From a virus (taxonomy: Duplodnaviria; Caudoviricetes): 54,273 bases of DNA. Location: positions 1 through 54,273 of the IMG/VR virus record IMGVR_UViG_3300043431_000269, one strand, 5' to 3'. Shown piece after piece: positions 18,701 through 28,670 of the stretch. The translations under genes and the position numbers were made by a program. The notes under the pieces were generated by a model. It did not search any database. It was not told the DNA's origin and was given only the letters and a program-made list of their open reading frames with translations. Every line of letters starts with the position of its first letter. Positions within the stretch are counted from its first letter, which is position 1.

Positions 18701-19821
18701 ACCAGCGCCTCGGCATCGCCACGACGCAAGAGGTGGCGGCCGCGAACGAGGAAGCCGCCCGCACGACGGTGCTGTACCGCGATGCGCTCTCGGACACGAC
18801 CGCGAAGCTGCAGGCCAACAACGACTCGAAGCAGGCCGACTACCAGATCACCCTGGCCGGCTTGAACGTGCGGGCCGCGCAGATTCGATCGCTGGAGGCC
18901 ACGGCCAAAGCGGTGGGCGACGAGAACCTGCTCACCTACGCCAAGATCGAGGCCAAGAACATCGAGATCGCCATCCTCAAGGCAACGACTGCGATGCAGA
19001 CGGCCGAGGCCGAGGGCACGATCGCGGTGAGCAAGGCGAAGCTGGAAGAACTCAAGGCGACCGAGCCGCTGAACGCGGTCAAGCGGATCGAGTTGGAAAC
19101 GTCGATCAAGGTGGCCGAGGCCAAGGTCATGGAGGCCAAGGCGCGCGGGCAGGGCGTTGACATCCTGCTGCGCGAGATTCAGGCGCTGCGCGAGGGCACG
19201 GCTGCGAAAGAGTCGAACGCCGCATCGTCGAACAACGCGAGCGGGATGATCGCCCGCGAGTCGCAGAGCCGGTCCACAAATGCCGACGCTATCCAGCGCG
19301 AGAACGACGCCCTGGAGCGCCAGGAGAAGCTGGCTGACGGCGTGCGGCGCTCCGGTGGCGGGTTCGTCAACAAGGAGGGTTGGTCGAGCGACGCGAAGGG
19401 TAACGCTGTGTCTGCCGCCATGCCGACTTGGATGTCGCTCTACAACTTCACGAAGCAAATGGGCGTCTCCGATGCACAGGCACGAGAGATCTCAGACAAG
19501 GGCTTCGACGAGTTCGGCAACTACAAGCAGCAGCTCCAGGCCAACAACATGCGCAGCAACATCGACGGCATCGACATGTACGAAGCCGCGCGGCGTGAAG
19601 TTGAAAAGATCATGCGCAATGCGCCGCCTGAGTCGGCGAAGACAACGACCAACACGCCGCAGAACACCACGACGCAGCAGCCGCAGACGAATGCACCGCG
19701 CCCCGTAACGATCAATCTCAACGGCACCAGCCGAACGGTAAACGTAAGCAGTCAGAGTGACGTAAATGCTCTCGAAGGTCTGCTGCGCGAACTCACCAAC
19801 TCACAAACGAGGGCGACCTAA
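15733..19821 (+). CDS. tape measure protein
   Basis: 1362-aa Ala-rich helical protein with tape-measure domain ALGQIASKGVVSMEELRQQLGDAVPGA. Confidence 0.92.
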   Translation: MATSNTRDVKMTLSVETLGADEIKKLQDSVARLAREGGDAAPEFQRLADEIGRLGEQANALRTFEELSATMGELAGKQQQATQRVDELRVALDLAREATTRDAEAQRAAAAEVDNAKKVKQDLAAALRKLNTEYDLAGKKTREYKAALNDLIDKQATNAKSLVDLVSARRNANAALAESAGAEQRLEAQYNKSAKSLAQVSTALADQQRALDLQSAAAAQLGVSTENMATAQAELIKALNETGASATRAAGALDGVGFQRQIDEAKRLRESAEYVQFWEQALRDADLAAKEMADQQAFQRQIDEAQRLREAADYVQFWEQALREADLAAKELADQKAFTQQLAEAERLRTAAEYVQFWEQALREANLASEAAAESAKRLGNAFDTVGARSASGLRAEIDQVRAAMQTLGTQAGLTGGELASAMAAGNARIAELERQLREATGQLTLADKAAKLFSNSMGQIAAGNLIADGIGYLVEKVKEMGREFVAVNVQADSMRRALNAVYKDTEITAQQIDFLRKTATTAGVSISGITDDFVKFAAATRSSNIDLKTTDEVFRSVTLAASSLGLGAEKTSLALNALGQIASKGVVSMEELRQQLGDAVPGALSLTAKGLGITDAELVKLVESGKLAARDFFPAFAKGLSTLQGETDGLRQTWERFKNVLTITATNAGDAGWVQILTLGLKGLGVVVSVVTLGFSQMYEGVMTITRGVIVFYETLAGRGAQALEFFNEEVAKTNSRLEEQRLAIAYMLNPTEELRAKLTTAGLANRDFSSSALATSDALKLNTTALQESAQAALGVQAGQSAAAKALQITGDASREAGSKWVQLNVEMLKLRDTQEQAVAVSEKARTAAEHEAEAVSRLGALRGDSVAKLESEARAATINESALAAVAKAREAEAAVITVQLNEMVKLALAQDGSLEKRRQEIESIKKKADTSQEEAAAARSAAEGARIERQQRELLVQTYRDNSGAVEQLRRAMELANEAANLTVANQRLGIATTQEVAAANEEAARTTVLYRDALSDTTAKLQANNDSKQADYQITLAGLNVRAAQIRSLEATAKAVGDENLLTYAKIEAKNIEIAILKATTAMQTAEAEGTIAVSKAKLEELKATEPLNAVKRIELETSIKVAEAKVMEAKARGQGVDILLREIQALREGTAAKESNAASSNNASGMIARESQSRSTNADAIQRENDALERQEKLADGVRRSGGGFVNKEGWSSDAKGNAVSAAMPTWMSLYNFTKQMGVSDAQAREISDKGFDEFGNYKQQLQANNMRSNIDGIDMYEAARREVEKIMRNAPPESAKTTTNTPQNTTTQQPQTNAPRPVTINLNGTSRTVNVSSQSDVNALEGLLRELTNSQTRAT
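16504..16840 (+). repeat. three 120-bp (40-aa) tandem repeats within the tape measure gene
   Basis: TTTTGGGAGCAGGCGCTGCGCGA at 16561, 16681 and 16801. Confidence 0.9.
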
Positions 19822-20219
19822 TGACCATCTCACTCAACGACGGGACCACAACCATAACGCTACCGTCTGACCTCTATTGGGAGGACGAGGCATCGTGGGC
19901 GCCGGTCGAGCAGAGCATCGAGCGGACCATCACCGGGGCGCTGATCGTCAACGTCGCGTCGCGCAGCGGCGGCCGGCTGATCACGCTGAAGCCCGAAGAC
20001 GAGGGTAGTGCGTGGGTGACGCGCTCAGTGCTGGAGCAGTTGCGAAATTGGGCCGCAGTTCCTGGCAAAACAGCGACCCTTACACTTCGAGGGACTACTC
20101 GCAGTGTGATGTTTCGGCATCACGACGGCTCGGCGCTCGAAGCATCGCCGGTAGTGCATTTCAACGATGTGGACAGCGGCGACTACTACCGCTGCACCAT
20201 TCGACTCATGGAACTATGA
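19821..20219 (+). CDS. distal tail-like protein
   Basis: LYWEDE..WAPVEQ...TGALIV...GRLITL pattern; directly after the tape measure gene. Confidence 0.7.
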   Translation: MTISLNDGTTTITLPSDLYWEDEASWAPVEQSIERTITGALIVNVASRSGGRLITLKPEDEGSAWVTRSVLEQLRNWAAVPGKTATLTLRGTTRSVMFRHHDGSALEASPVVHFNDVDSGDYYRCTIRLMEL

Positions 20220-20220
20220 T

Positions 20221-23200
20221 ATGCCGATCCAATCTGGTGATGTGAAATTGTTGAAGTCGGCGATCATGACCGACTCCGATCAGGGCGGCGGCGCAATCAG
20301 CGGCAACCAGATCGAAGATGGGGTGAGCAATTCGATCTTCCCCGACATCTCGGAACTCGACCGCGCGGGTGGCCGCGTCTCGCTGCGCAAGACCTTCGCT
20401 GCCGTACAGACCGACGACACAGACACCTACTTCGGCGCGAATGTCATCGTCGCCGAGCCGCCCGAAGACCCGCTGGTGAGCGTGACGCTGTTCTCCAATG
20501 GGCTGGCGTTCGACACGCGCCAGGAGGCGCAGTCGCGCGTCGAGGCGTATCTCAACAAGGGGCCAGAGGCCGCAGGGTTCCTCTACGAGAATCACATCGC
20601 GGGCCAACGCATCATCCAACTGTTCCAGCGGCCCAGCGATGTGGTGCCCGTGGTTGGGCAGACCGTGGTGCTGGTCCACGACGAGGGCCTTGGGACCGAA
20701 ACCGAACAGTACGTCCGGGCCACCAAGGTCACGGTCGTCGAGCGGACCTTCACCTACGACACGGACAAGGACTACAAGGCCGCCATCGTGTCGCTGGAAA
20801 TCAGCGACGCACTGCGCTCGGACTTCGCGGGCTCGCCGGCCACTCGCACTTTCACGCGCCTGGCTACCGCCACCAAGATCCGGGAGACCGTGGTGGCGGA
20901 CGCCGGCACCTACGTCGGGGTGAGCCCGCTGGTGGCGACTGCGGCGCTTGGCGACTTCACGGTGCAGGCCGAGTCGATCTTCAGCCAGTTGGTGCCGTCC
21001 GCCCAAACTGAAACGCCGATCAGCGACGTTCGGGCCAATGGCCTGTCGGCCGCTCTTGCGGCCACCGGCTCGCCGGTTACGCAGTCGATGACGCTGGGCT
21101 TCACTACTGCGCAGAACTTGTACGTCGGCGCGCCGATCTACCCTGGCAGCCTGTCAATCGCGCGCGGCGGCGCGACCCTGGTGGACAACGGCGGGCGGCT
21201 GTTGAACGGCAGTGTCGAAGTCGGGCTGGTGGATTACGACAACGGCATCGTGTCACTGTCCACCAACGTCTTCGGCTCGTCGCCCGGGACGCATGCCGTG
21301 ACCTTTGTGCCGGCCGCCGTGCCCGACCTGATTTCTGACCAGCGCGCGATCCTCGTGACGCCCGAGTCCCGCTCGCTTTCCTACTCCTTCGTGATCGAGG
21401 ACAAAATCGCGCCGCGCACCCTCACGTTGAGCTACCTGGCACAAGGCACTTGGTACGTGCTGCGCGACAACGGCTCCGGTGCTCTGCGCGGCAGCGACAG
21501 CTCCTACGGTGCCGGCACGCTGAACTACTCGACGGGCGCTGTCGTCGTGACGCTTGGCGCACTGCCGGACGTGGGTAGCGCCATCGTGGTCTCGTCGTTC
21601 TCCGAAGTGTCGGTGATCGTGCAATCGAACACCGAGCTGGCAAACGGAGGCAAGGCGTACTTCGCTTTCAACACTGATTCCGTGGTCGGTGAGGACAAGG
21701 GTTCGAAGCAGATCACCCCTGGCGGTCTGACCGTGACGTGGACCAATGGCGGCGCCAAGACTGCCGCCGATGACGGTAACGGGAACCTTACGGGTGACGC
21801 TACGGGAACGGTCGATTACGCGGCTGGCGTGATTCGCATCTCACCCAACACGTTGCCACCTTCAGGTACTCTGTTCAGCGCGAACCTGAATGGGAAAACA
21901 AACGCCACGTCGGTGGGCGTCACGCTTGCATCGGGAACCCTCGGGGTCACGAGTATCGAGCCGGGGTCCATCTCGTTTATCGTCCCTGGATGCCGGTTTC
22001 GCTACTACACAAACTCTTACGGCGTCAATTTGTCTCAGTACGAGAGATTGGGCGTCTCGGTTGAAATCCGAGACGACGGCTCGGGGAACTTGAAGATTGT
22101 CGATCTAGACGGCTCGCTCACCAACTCGTTCGGGACTGTCAACTACTCGACAGGGGCCATTACTTCGTCTTTGTCGGGCGTGGTGTCGCCATTTAATGGC
22201 TACGTGGCTGCAGTTTCAGCAACCGACCCGCAGGGACCTGTTGTCTCCGTTTATGGTGGGCAAACTACTGTCTACGGAAAGATGTCGTGGGACAGCTATA
22301 CCGGATCGCGCATCCGTCACCTATACATACCGAGCGGAGTCGCATTCAACGTCACGTACTCGAATGCTGGCGCCAGTTCTGCATCGGTTACATCGGCCAC
22401 ACTGAACGAGCTGCGCCTTCGGGTTCCGTCCATCGCCAACTACACGCTGAAAGGCGTGCGTTTCGGTATCGGGTCCGACACGTTCGTGCAGTTGCCCGAT
22501 AACGTCCTGGCCCGCAACCAGTCACCCACCACGGGCGGGGGCACGCCGTCCGGCACGGTGTCGCCTGCGCTGGGGCTGGTGTCGTTGGCCTATTGGCCCA
22601 CTGGCGCAGCGCCAGCCGTCCTGAACTGGCGCGGCCTCATGCAGCCGCCGACAAGCGGCGTCAACACGCCATTCGGCGTGTCGCTCTCCATCTTCAGGAC
22701 CGTGGCGGCGCCGATCCGCCCTGCGAGCTTTTCGGTGCTCGGGACGCTGGCGGACGGCACGACGTTCAACGTCACGGCTGGAACCAACGGCAAGATCAAC
22801 GGCACGCGCGTCAAGGGTCGCATCGACTACGAGTTCGGGCTGGCCGAAATCTATTTCGTCAACCCGGACGGCGATCCGGCCTCCAACATCGATCTGTCGC
22901 ACCTCGGGATCAGCGGCCTGACGACGATTCCTGCCGACGTGGTGATGCTGCCGACGCTGCGCTACAACGCGGTCTCGTTTAGCTACCTGCCGCTGGACGC
23001 TGATATCCTGGGCCTGGACCCGGTTCGCTTGCCCAGCGACGGCCGCGTGCCGATCTTCCGGCCTGGCGGCTTCGCGGTCCTGGGCCACACGGGCGAGATC
23101 ACGGCAACGGTGTCGAACGGCCAGACGATCAACTGCGCGCGCGTGCGCTTGAGCCGTGTGCGCGTGGTCGGGAACGATGGCGTCGTGATCAACACCGGGT

Positions 23201-23844
23201 ACAGCGCCAATCTGGAGGCCGGCACGGTCATGTTCTCGAACGTCACCGGCTACTCGCAGCCAGTGACGGTGCAGCACCGGATCGAGGACATGGGCGTGGT
23301 GCGCGCGACGAACATCAACGGCGAGGTGTCGCTGACCCGGCCGATCACGCACGACTACCCGCTCGGCAGCTTCTTGTCGAGCGCGCTGATCGTCGGTGAC
23401 ATGTTCGCCGAGGTCAACACTGTCTTCGACCAGGCTTCGTGGGCCGGCGCTTTCAGCGATGTGCTGGTTGGCGACGCGGCCACGGGCACCTTCAACCTGG
23501 CCGTCAACCCGATCGTGGTCACGAATCGCGGCGCGATCACCGAGCGTTGGGTCGTCCGATTCACGAGCACCAGCGCGTTCGAGATCATCGGTGAGCACGT
23601 CGGCGTCATCGCCACGGGGAACACTGGCACGAACTGCGCACCGAACAACCCGACGACCGGGGTGCCGTACTTCACGATCCCTGCGGTCGGCTGGGGCTCC
23701 GGCTGGTCGATTGGCAACATGCTGCGATTCAACACCGAGGGCGCGAACTTCCCGGTATGGGTCGTTCGCACGGTTCAACAAGGGCCGGAATCAGTGCCCG
23801 ACGACAATTTCACGCTGCTGATCCGTGGCGATGTGGACGCATAA
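20221..23844 (+). CDS. large tail-tip/virion structural protein
   Basis: MPIQSGDVKLLKS..GGG, FPDISELDRAGGRVSLRK, repeated G.VDY..G beta modules, GLDPVRLPSDGRVPIFR. Confidence 0.8.
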   Translation: MPIQSGDVKLLKSAIMTDSDQGGGAISGNQIEDGVSNSIFPDISELDRAGGRVSLRKTFAAVQTDDTDTYFGANVIVAEPPEDPLVSVTLFSNGLAFDTRQEAQSRVEAYLNKGPEAAGFLYENHIAGQRIIQLFQRPSDVVPVVGQTVVLVHDEGLGTETEQYVRATKVTVVERTFTYDTDKDYKAAIVSLEISDALRSDFAGSPATRTFTRLATATKIRETVVADAGTYVGVSPLVATAALGDFTVQAESIFSQLVPSAQTETPISDVRANGLSAALAATGSPVTQSMTLGFTTAQNLYVGAPIYPGSLSIARGGATLVDNGGRLLNGSVEVGLVDYDNGIVSLSTNVFGSSPGTHAVTFVPAAVPDLISDQRAILVTPESRSLSYSFVIEDKIAPRTLTLSYLAQGTWYVLRDNGSGALRGSDSSYGAGTLNYSTGAVVVTLGALPDVGSAIVVSSFSEVSVIVQSNTELANGGKAYFAFNTDSVVGEDKGSKQITPGGLTVTWTNGGAKTAADDGNGNLTGDATGTVDYAAGVIRISPNTLPPSGTLFSANLNGKTNATSVGVTLASGTLGVTSIEPGSISFIVPGCRFRYYTNSYGVNLSQYERLGVSVEIRDDGSGNLKIVDLDGSLTNSFGTVNYSTGAITSSLSGVVSPFNGYVAAVSATDPQGPVVSVYGGQTTVYGKMSWDSYTGSRIRHLYIPSGVAFNVTYSNAGASSASVTSATLNELRLRVPSIANYTLKGVRFGIGSDTFVQLPDNVLARNQSPTTGGGTPSGTVSPALGLVSLAYWPTGAAPAVLNWRGLMQPPTSGVNTPFGVSLSIFRTVAAPIRPASFSVLGTLADGTTFNVTAGTNGKINGTRVKGRIDYEFGLAEIYFVNPDGDPASNIDLSHLGISGLTTIPADVVMLPTLRYNAVSFSYLPLDADILGLDPVRLPSDGRVPIFRPGGFAVLGHTGEITATVSNGQTINCARVRLSRVRVVGNDGVVINTGYSANLEAGTVMFSNVTGYSQPVTVQHRIEDMGVVRATNINGEVSLTRPITHDYPLGSFLSSALIVGDMFAEVNTVFDQASWAGAFSDVLVGDAATGTFNLAVNPIVVTNRGAITERWVVRFTSTSAFEIIGEHVGVIATGNTGTNCAPNNPTTGVPYFTIPAVGWGSGWSIGNMLRFNTEGANFPVWVVRTVQQGPESVPDDNFTLLIRGDVDA

Positions 23845-23853
23845 GGAATTACC

Positions 23854-25053
23854 ATGCCGATGAACGCAAGTGTCAAGTATTTCTCGTCTGCGATGGCAAA
23901 TGCGCCGCAGCTTTCCGCCACCCCTGGATCGCTGATCGCAGTCCTCGATGCGTGCCTGGTCAACGGGTTCAACGTCACCTCAGTGGACAGCCTCGTCGTC
24001 GCGGACGGTGTGGTGACGGCCAACATCTCGGCGGGCCACCCGTTCGTCAAGCACCAAGTTATCGCTGTGGCCGGCGCGTCGCCTAGCGGGCTGAATGCCG
24101 AACATCGCGTGACGAACGTGACCACGACCACGGTGCAGTTCGAGGTCAGCGGAATCGCCAACGGCACGGCGACTGGCACGATCAGCATGAAGACGCCGCC
24201 GCTCAAGTGGGTCAAGCCGTTCGCTGGGACAAACAAGGGCGCGTACCGTATCGACCCGGCGCTGCATCCCGACTCGCCAACCCATCACATCAAGTTCGAC
24301 GAGAGCACGAGCACCTACAACGCCCGCGTCACGGGCTTCGAGTCGATGACTGGCATTGACTCAGGTGCCGGCGCCTTTCCGAGCGGCGGGCAGGCGCCTA
24401 GTGGGTTGTGGGTCTTCAAGACCTTCACTTCGACGACCACCAATTACAGACCCTGGTTCATCATTGGTGATAGCCGCTTCTTCTATATCGGCGTAGCTCA
24501 TTATCTAGACTCGAACTACGATTTAGGAATAACGTGGTCTGCGTTTGGTGAGTTCGAGAGTGTGCGCGAAAGCAACGCCCACGACTTTGTTCTTTGCGCC
24601 AATTGGACAACCGATAGTGTCAGTTCGTCCGAGGCCGCATACAGCGTCGCATCAACTCGGGAAAACTCCCAATACTTTCCACGTAGCTACGATGACTTCA
24701 ACGGAAGCGTAGCGGCGGTTAGTCGCTCTTGGCCGAGCAACTATGGTGCGTCAGGCGGAAGCGGACCGATCGCGTTCCCCAACGGACCGAATAACGGACT
24801 TTATCTCTGCAAACTCAATTTGATGGAAACCTCGCCCACAACTGGAGCCCTCCAGTATCGCGGGGATTGTCCCGGCATGTATATGCTCCCTCACAATGCG
24901 CAAAGGCGCATTGTCCCTGATCGAGTGACACCACTGTTTGACATGTCGATCTCAGGGTTCGAAGGGAAAGTGGTTGGGTTCTTCGCCTGCAATTACAGCA
25001 GTTCCGCCTACGGCGTCGTTGCATTCGACCTGACCGGGCCGTGGGGTCACTGA
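23854..25053 (+). CDS. tail fibre/assembly protein
   Basis: APQLSATPGSLIAVLDACLVNGF N-terminus and FDLTGPW C-terminus typical of this tail type. Confidence 0.75.
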   Translation: MPMNASVKYFSSAMANAPQLSATPGSLIAVLDACLVNGFNVTSVDSLVVADGVVTANISAGHPFVKHQVIAVAGASPSGLNAEHRVTNVTTTTVQFEVSGIANGTATGTISMKTPPLKWVKPFAGTNKGAYRIDPALHPDSPTHHIKFDESTSTYNARVTGFESMTGIDSGAGAFPSGGQAPSGLWVFKTFTSTTTNYRPWFIIGDSRFFYIGVAHYLDSNYDLGITWSAFGEFESVRESNAHDFVLCANWTTDSVSSSEAAYSVASTRENSQYFPRSYDDFNGSVAAVSRSWPSNYGASGGSGPIAFPNGPNNGLYLCKLNLMETSPTTGALQYRGDCPGMYMLPHNAQRRIVPDRVTPLFDMSISGFEGKVVGFFACNYSSSAYGVVAFDLTGPWGH

Positions 25054-25054
25054 A

Positions 25055-26179
25055 ATGGCAGTCCTTGCCGGGGGAACATCCCTACTGCTGCACATGAACG
25101 GGGCTGACAACGGAGCGACGTTCCCTGACAGCTCACCCACTGCGACCTCGGTCTATCGTTCGGGGAGCGTGGTAACGAAGACCGGTACGTTCAAGTACGG
25201 TGGCGCGTCTGCGTACTTTGATGGGAGCAGCTACTTGTACGGCACCCCATCGGATGCAAGCGCATTCGATTTCGGTCGCTCCGATTTCTCGATTGAGTCC
25301 TGGGTCAACTTCGACTCTCTTTCCGATTCACCCACTTTGCTCAGCATCGGAACATCATCGTCGAACAGGCTTGATGTTTACTGGAGCGGCGGATATTGCA
25401 AAGTCAAAAGCGTCATTGGCGGTACGGCAACTGACGTACTGACTTCAAGCGTTGCATCGAACACGGGCGCTTTCGAGTTCTGGTCGCTCGATATCGTAGG
25501 CGGTGTTGCTACCTTGCGAAAGGACGGGGTGACGGTAGCGTCCATCACCAACGCCGATTATTTCGCACTTGGCAATGGGTGCTGGCCGACTATCGGCTAC
25601 CAGGGTTTAGGCGGGGGTTCGTCTGCAAACTATCTCCGTGGTTTTGTTGACGATCTTCGAATCCTTCGTCTCGTGGCCGCGCATTCAGCAGACTTCACGC
25701 CACCCACGGCGGAACTGCCCATCGCGCCTGGCCGCCCGGTCACGGCCAGCCGGTTTGGCAGCGCCCAGGTTCTCGGCTCCGGGAATCCGAACCGGGTCAG
25801 CACGCCCGCGATCCAAAAGCTCGAACAGGGGTTGATCGATCGCGTGCCGTTTGGCTTGCCGATCACCACGTCAGAACTCGGTTCTCCCGGCTCTGCAGTG
25901 CCGGCCCAGCGCCCGTGGCAGACCAAGGGGCGCGGCCGCGTCGCAGGCACGGTCAAGGAGAAGGCCACGCCATCCAACGTGCCGGTGCATCGCCGCGTGC
26001 GCCTGTATCGGGAATTGGACGGGCAACTGGTTTGCACGGTATGGAGCGACCCGATCACCGGGGCTTACGAGTTCTATGGCGTTCCCCTGGGTGTGAAGTT
26101 CACGGTGATTTCGCACGACTACGCTGGCATTTTCCGAGCCGTCCTGGCCGACAACATCGAAGCGGAGGTCATCCCGTGA
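25055..26179 (+). CDS. LamG/ConA-like receptor-binding tail protein with C-terminal prealbumin-like domain
   Basis: LLLHMNG, SAYFDG, DFSIESWV, GFVDDLRI, FTPPT; C-terminal GRVAGTVK..RRVRLY..WSDPITGAYEF. Confidence 0.78.
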   Translation: MAVLAGGTSLLLHMNGADNGATFPDSSPTATSVYRSGSVVTKTGTFKYGGASAYFDGSSYLYGTPSDASAFDFGRSDFSIESWVNFDSLSDSPTLLSIGTSSSNRLDVYWSGGYCKVKSVIGGTATDVLTSSVASNTGAFEFWSLDIVGGVATLRKDGVTVASITNADYFALGNGCWPTIGYQGLGGGSSANYLRGFVDDLRILRLVAAHSADFTPPTAELPIAPGRPVTASRFGSAQVLGSGNPNRVSTPAIQKLEQGLIDRVPFGLPITTSELGSPGSAVPAQRPWQTKGRGRVAGTVKEKATPSNVPVHRRVRLYRELDGQLVCTVWSDPITGAYEFYGVPLGVKFTVISHDYAGIFRAVLADNIEAEVIP

Positions 26180-26568
26180 TAAGCGAATCCACCAGCTCCC
26201 GCGAGGCCGCTCTGGCCGGGCGCCTGACCTTCCTCAATGCGGGCACAGGCACGGCAGCGATCAACATCTACGACGGCACGCGCCCGGCTGACGGCGATGC
26301 GGCAGCGACTGGCACCCTACTGGCGTCGGTGGAGCTGCAGGCGCCGGCCGGCGTTGTTGCTGGCGGCGCTCTGACCCTGGCGTGCGAGCCGGCGAACCTG
26401 ATCCTCGCTTCCGGGGTTGCAACCTGGGCGCGCGTCGTCACTCGCTCCGGCGCCAGCGCGTTCGACATGGATGTTGGCCTGTCCGGCTCTGGCGCGGAAT
26501 GCACGTTGCCGAGCACCACGCTCTACGCGGGCGGCGATGTGACGGTCCTGTCGGCCGTGCTGGGGTAA
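26176..26568 (+). CDS. small virion structural protein (paralog of 5639-6010)
   Basis: GGAGG RBS, GTGA overlap; IYDGTRP..TLLASVEL..SGVATWARV. Confidence 0.72.
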   Translation: MISESTSSREAALAGRLTFLNAGTGTAAINIYDGTRPADGDAAATGTLLASVELQAPAGVVAGGALTLACEPANLILASGVATWARVVTRSGASAFDMDVGLSGSGAECTLPSTTLYAGGDVTVLSAVLG

Positions 26569-26571
26569 CGG

Positions 26572-28443
26572 GTGGCCGTCGATCTCCAGTTCAACAGCCC
26601 GGCCAGCGGAGACCTAAATCTCGTCTTCGGGCTGTCCGAGGGGCCGGACCCAACGCATGCCGATGCGACGATTGCGGGGGCGTTTCCGGGGCTGGCCGCT
26701 GCGATCTCCGTCGTGCCGAACACCCGGGCCACGATCAGCGGCAGCTTCGCCGGCTTGTCGTGCAGCGCCAGCGCGGTCTATGCGTCGAACGCGGCGCGGC
26801 CAACTGTTGGGCAATCCTCGGCAACCTGGCAGTCCGCTGCCGGCGTGCAGACCGGGCCGCAGCACGACCAGCAATCGCCCAGGCCGGTACCCGCTGGATG
26901 GGACACGTTCTGGCAGCGGACGCTCAGCCTGCCGGCCGGCGTTGACCACTTGCTCCCTGACGTGCTGGCGCCCGCGCGAACCGCAGTCGCATGCGCGCAC
27001 CACGGCGCGGCGGAGATCAGCGCCGGCACAAGCAGCGCCAGCCAGGACGCAGCCCGGGTGCCGCGCTATGCCACCTCCGCGTTCGAGAATGCGCTGAACG
27101 CCGTCAAGTCGGCCGCACGGTTTCGGCACCAAGACGGAGACCGCACGATCCGCGCGCTCTACGTGTCGGATTGGGGTGAAGGTCTGCGGGCAATCGGCTG
27201 GCGCTGGTCGGCTTTCCAGCCGGCGCGGCACCAGCGCGAAGGCTGGGACGGTCGCTATCAGGAGGCCGTGCCGCCACCGGCCGGAATCACCATCCGGCCG
27301 CCCGCGCCATCGGGGCGGGAGCCATGCTACACGCCCGACCCAAACCTGCTGTTCGGCGAGCAGTTCGGCGCCACCACCGATCTCGTGTTCATTTGCGACA
27401 ACTATGTCGCACCCCCGGAGGCGACGGTCGTCGTTCCGGTCAGGAGGGTCTATATCGTGCTCAACTCCGCGTCCCTGGTCCGCATCTCGGACAGCCAGCC
27501 GATCCCCACGCTCTCGCTCTCGCTCTCGCTGGACGCCGACTCGTGGACCTGGGGCTTCAACGCCTCGCTGCCGGCCAGCGCCCAGGCCCTCGTCGAGCCC
27601 GGTGACGGCCCGGTGGAGCTGCTTGCCTCGGTGAACGGCGTGAGCTTCCGGCTGCTGGCCGAGAGCCTGAGCCGCGAGCGCACCTTCGGCCAGGCGTCGA
27701 TTCGCGTCTCCGGCCGTGGCCGCAACGCCATTCTCGACGCGCCCTACGCGCCGACGATGACGTTCCAGAACTCGTCGATGCGGACCGCTGCGCAGTTGGC
27801 CGGCGACGCGCTGACCTTCAACGGCGTGCCGCTGGGCTGGGCGGTCGAGTGGGGTCTGACCGACTGGTCGGTGCCGGCCGGCGCCTTCACCCACTTGGGC
27901 ACCCATATCAGCGCGCTCAACGCCATCGCGCAGGCGGCGGGCGGATACGTGCAGCCGCACCCGACCAGCCAGTCGCTGATCATCCTGCCGCGCTACCCTT
28001 CGGCACCCTGGAGCTGGTCGGGCGTCACGCCGGACTTCGAGCTGCCGTCCGCTGTCACCACGCGCGAGTCGATCCAGTGGGTTGACAAGCCGGTTTACAA
28101 CCGCGTCTTCGTGAGCGGTGAAAGCGTCGGCGTGCTGGGCCAGATCACGCGCGCGGGCACGGCCGGCGACGTGGCGGCGCAAATGGTGACGGACCCGCTG
28201 ATCACCCACGTCGATGCGGCGCGCCAGCGCGGGCTGGCCGTACTCGCAGATACCGGCCGCATCGCCACTGTGGGCCTTAGCCTGCCGGTGCTCGAATCGA
28301 CCGGCGTCATCACCCCGGGCAACTTCGTGCGGTATGTCGATGGCGGCGTGTCGCGGATCGGCATCGTCCGATCGACAGCCGTGTCGGTTGGTGAAAGCGC
28401 CAGGGAAGTCAGCCAGCAGATCGTCTTGGAGACCCACGAATGA
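26572..28443 (+). CDS. tail protein (baseplate hub-like C-terminal half)
   Basis: LDADSWTWGF, YNRVFVSG..GV...RAGTAG, DPLITH..AARQRG motifs. Confidence 0.75.
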   Translation: MAVDLQFNSPASGDLNLVFGLSEGPDPTHADATIAGAFPGLAAAISVVPNTRATISGSFAGLSCSASAVYASNAARPTVGQSSATWQSAAGVQTGPQHDQQSPRPVPAGWDTFWQRTLSLPAGVDHLLPDVLAPARTAVACAHHGAAEISAGTSSASQDAARVPRYATSAFENALNAVKSAARFRHQDGDRTIRALYVSDWGEGLRAIGWRWSAFQPARHQREGWDGRYQEAVPPPAGITIRPPAPSGREPCYTPDPNLLFGEQFGATTDLVFICDNYVAPPEATVVVPVRRVYIVLNSASLVRISDSQPIPTLSLSLSLDADSWTWGFNASLPASAQALVEPGDGPVELLASVNGVSFRLLAESLSRERTFGQASIRVSGRGRNAILDAPYAPTMTFQNSSMRTAAQLAGDALTFNGVPLGWAVEWGLTDWSVPAGAFTHLGTHISALNAIAQAAGGYVQPHPTSQSLIILPRYPSAPWSWSGVTPDFELPSAVTTRESIQWVDKPVYNRVFVSGESVGVLGQITRAGTAGDVAAQMVTDPLITHVDAARQRGLAVLADTGRIATVGLSLPVLESTGVITPGNFVRYVDGGVSRIGIVRSTAVSVGESAREVSQQIVLETHE

Positions 28444-28664
28444 GCACCAATCCCTACAAGCGCCTGCTGGCGCTGCTCCCCCAGCGCCCGCTGCAGATCG
28501 GAACGGTGCTGTCGATCAGCGGCGGCGTCGTGGTGCTGGAGATGCCTGGCGGCGGCCGGGCGACCGCGCGCGGGGCCGCCTCGGTCGGCCAGCGGGTGTT
28601 CTTTCGGGACGGCAACGTCGAGGGCATCGCGCCGAGCCTGACTCCGGTCAGCGCCGAGGTCTGA
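28440..28664 (+). CDS. small tail protein (OB-fold-like)
   Basis: NPYKRLLALLP..LQIGTV..VGQRVF; last gene of the tail operon. Confidence 0.7.
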   Translation: MSTNPYKRLLALLPQRPLQIGTVLSISGGVVVLEMPGGGRATARGAASVGQRVFFRDGNVEGIAPSLTPVSAEV

Positions 28665-28670
28665 GCAATT

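Noticed and set aside
20221-26179. Diversity-generating retroelement acting on tail genes
   Set aside because: No reverse transcriptase and no TR/VR pair seen
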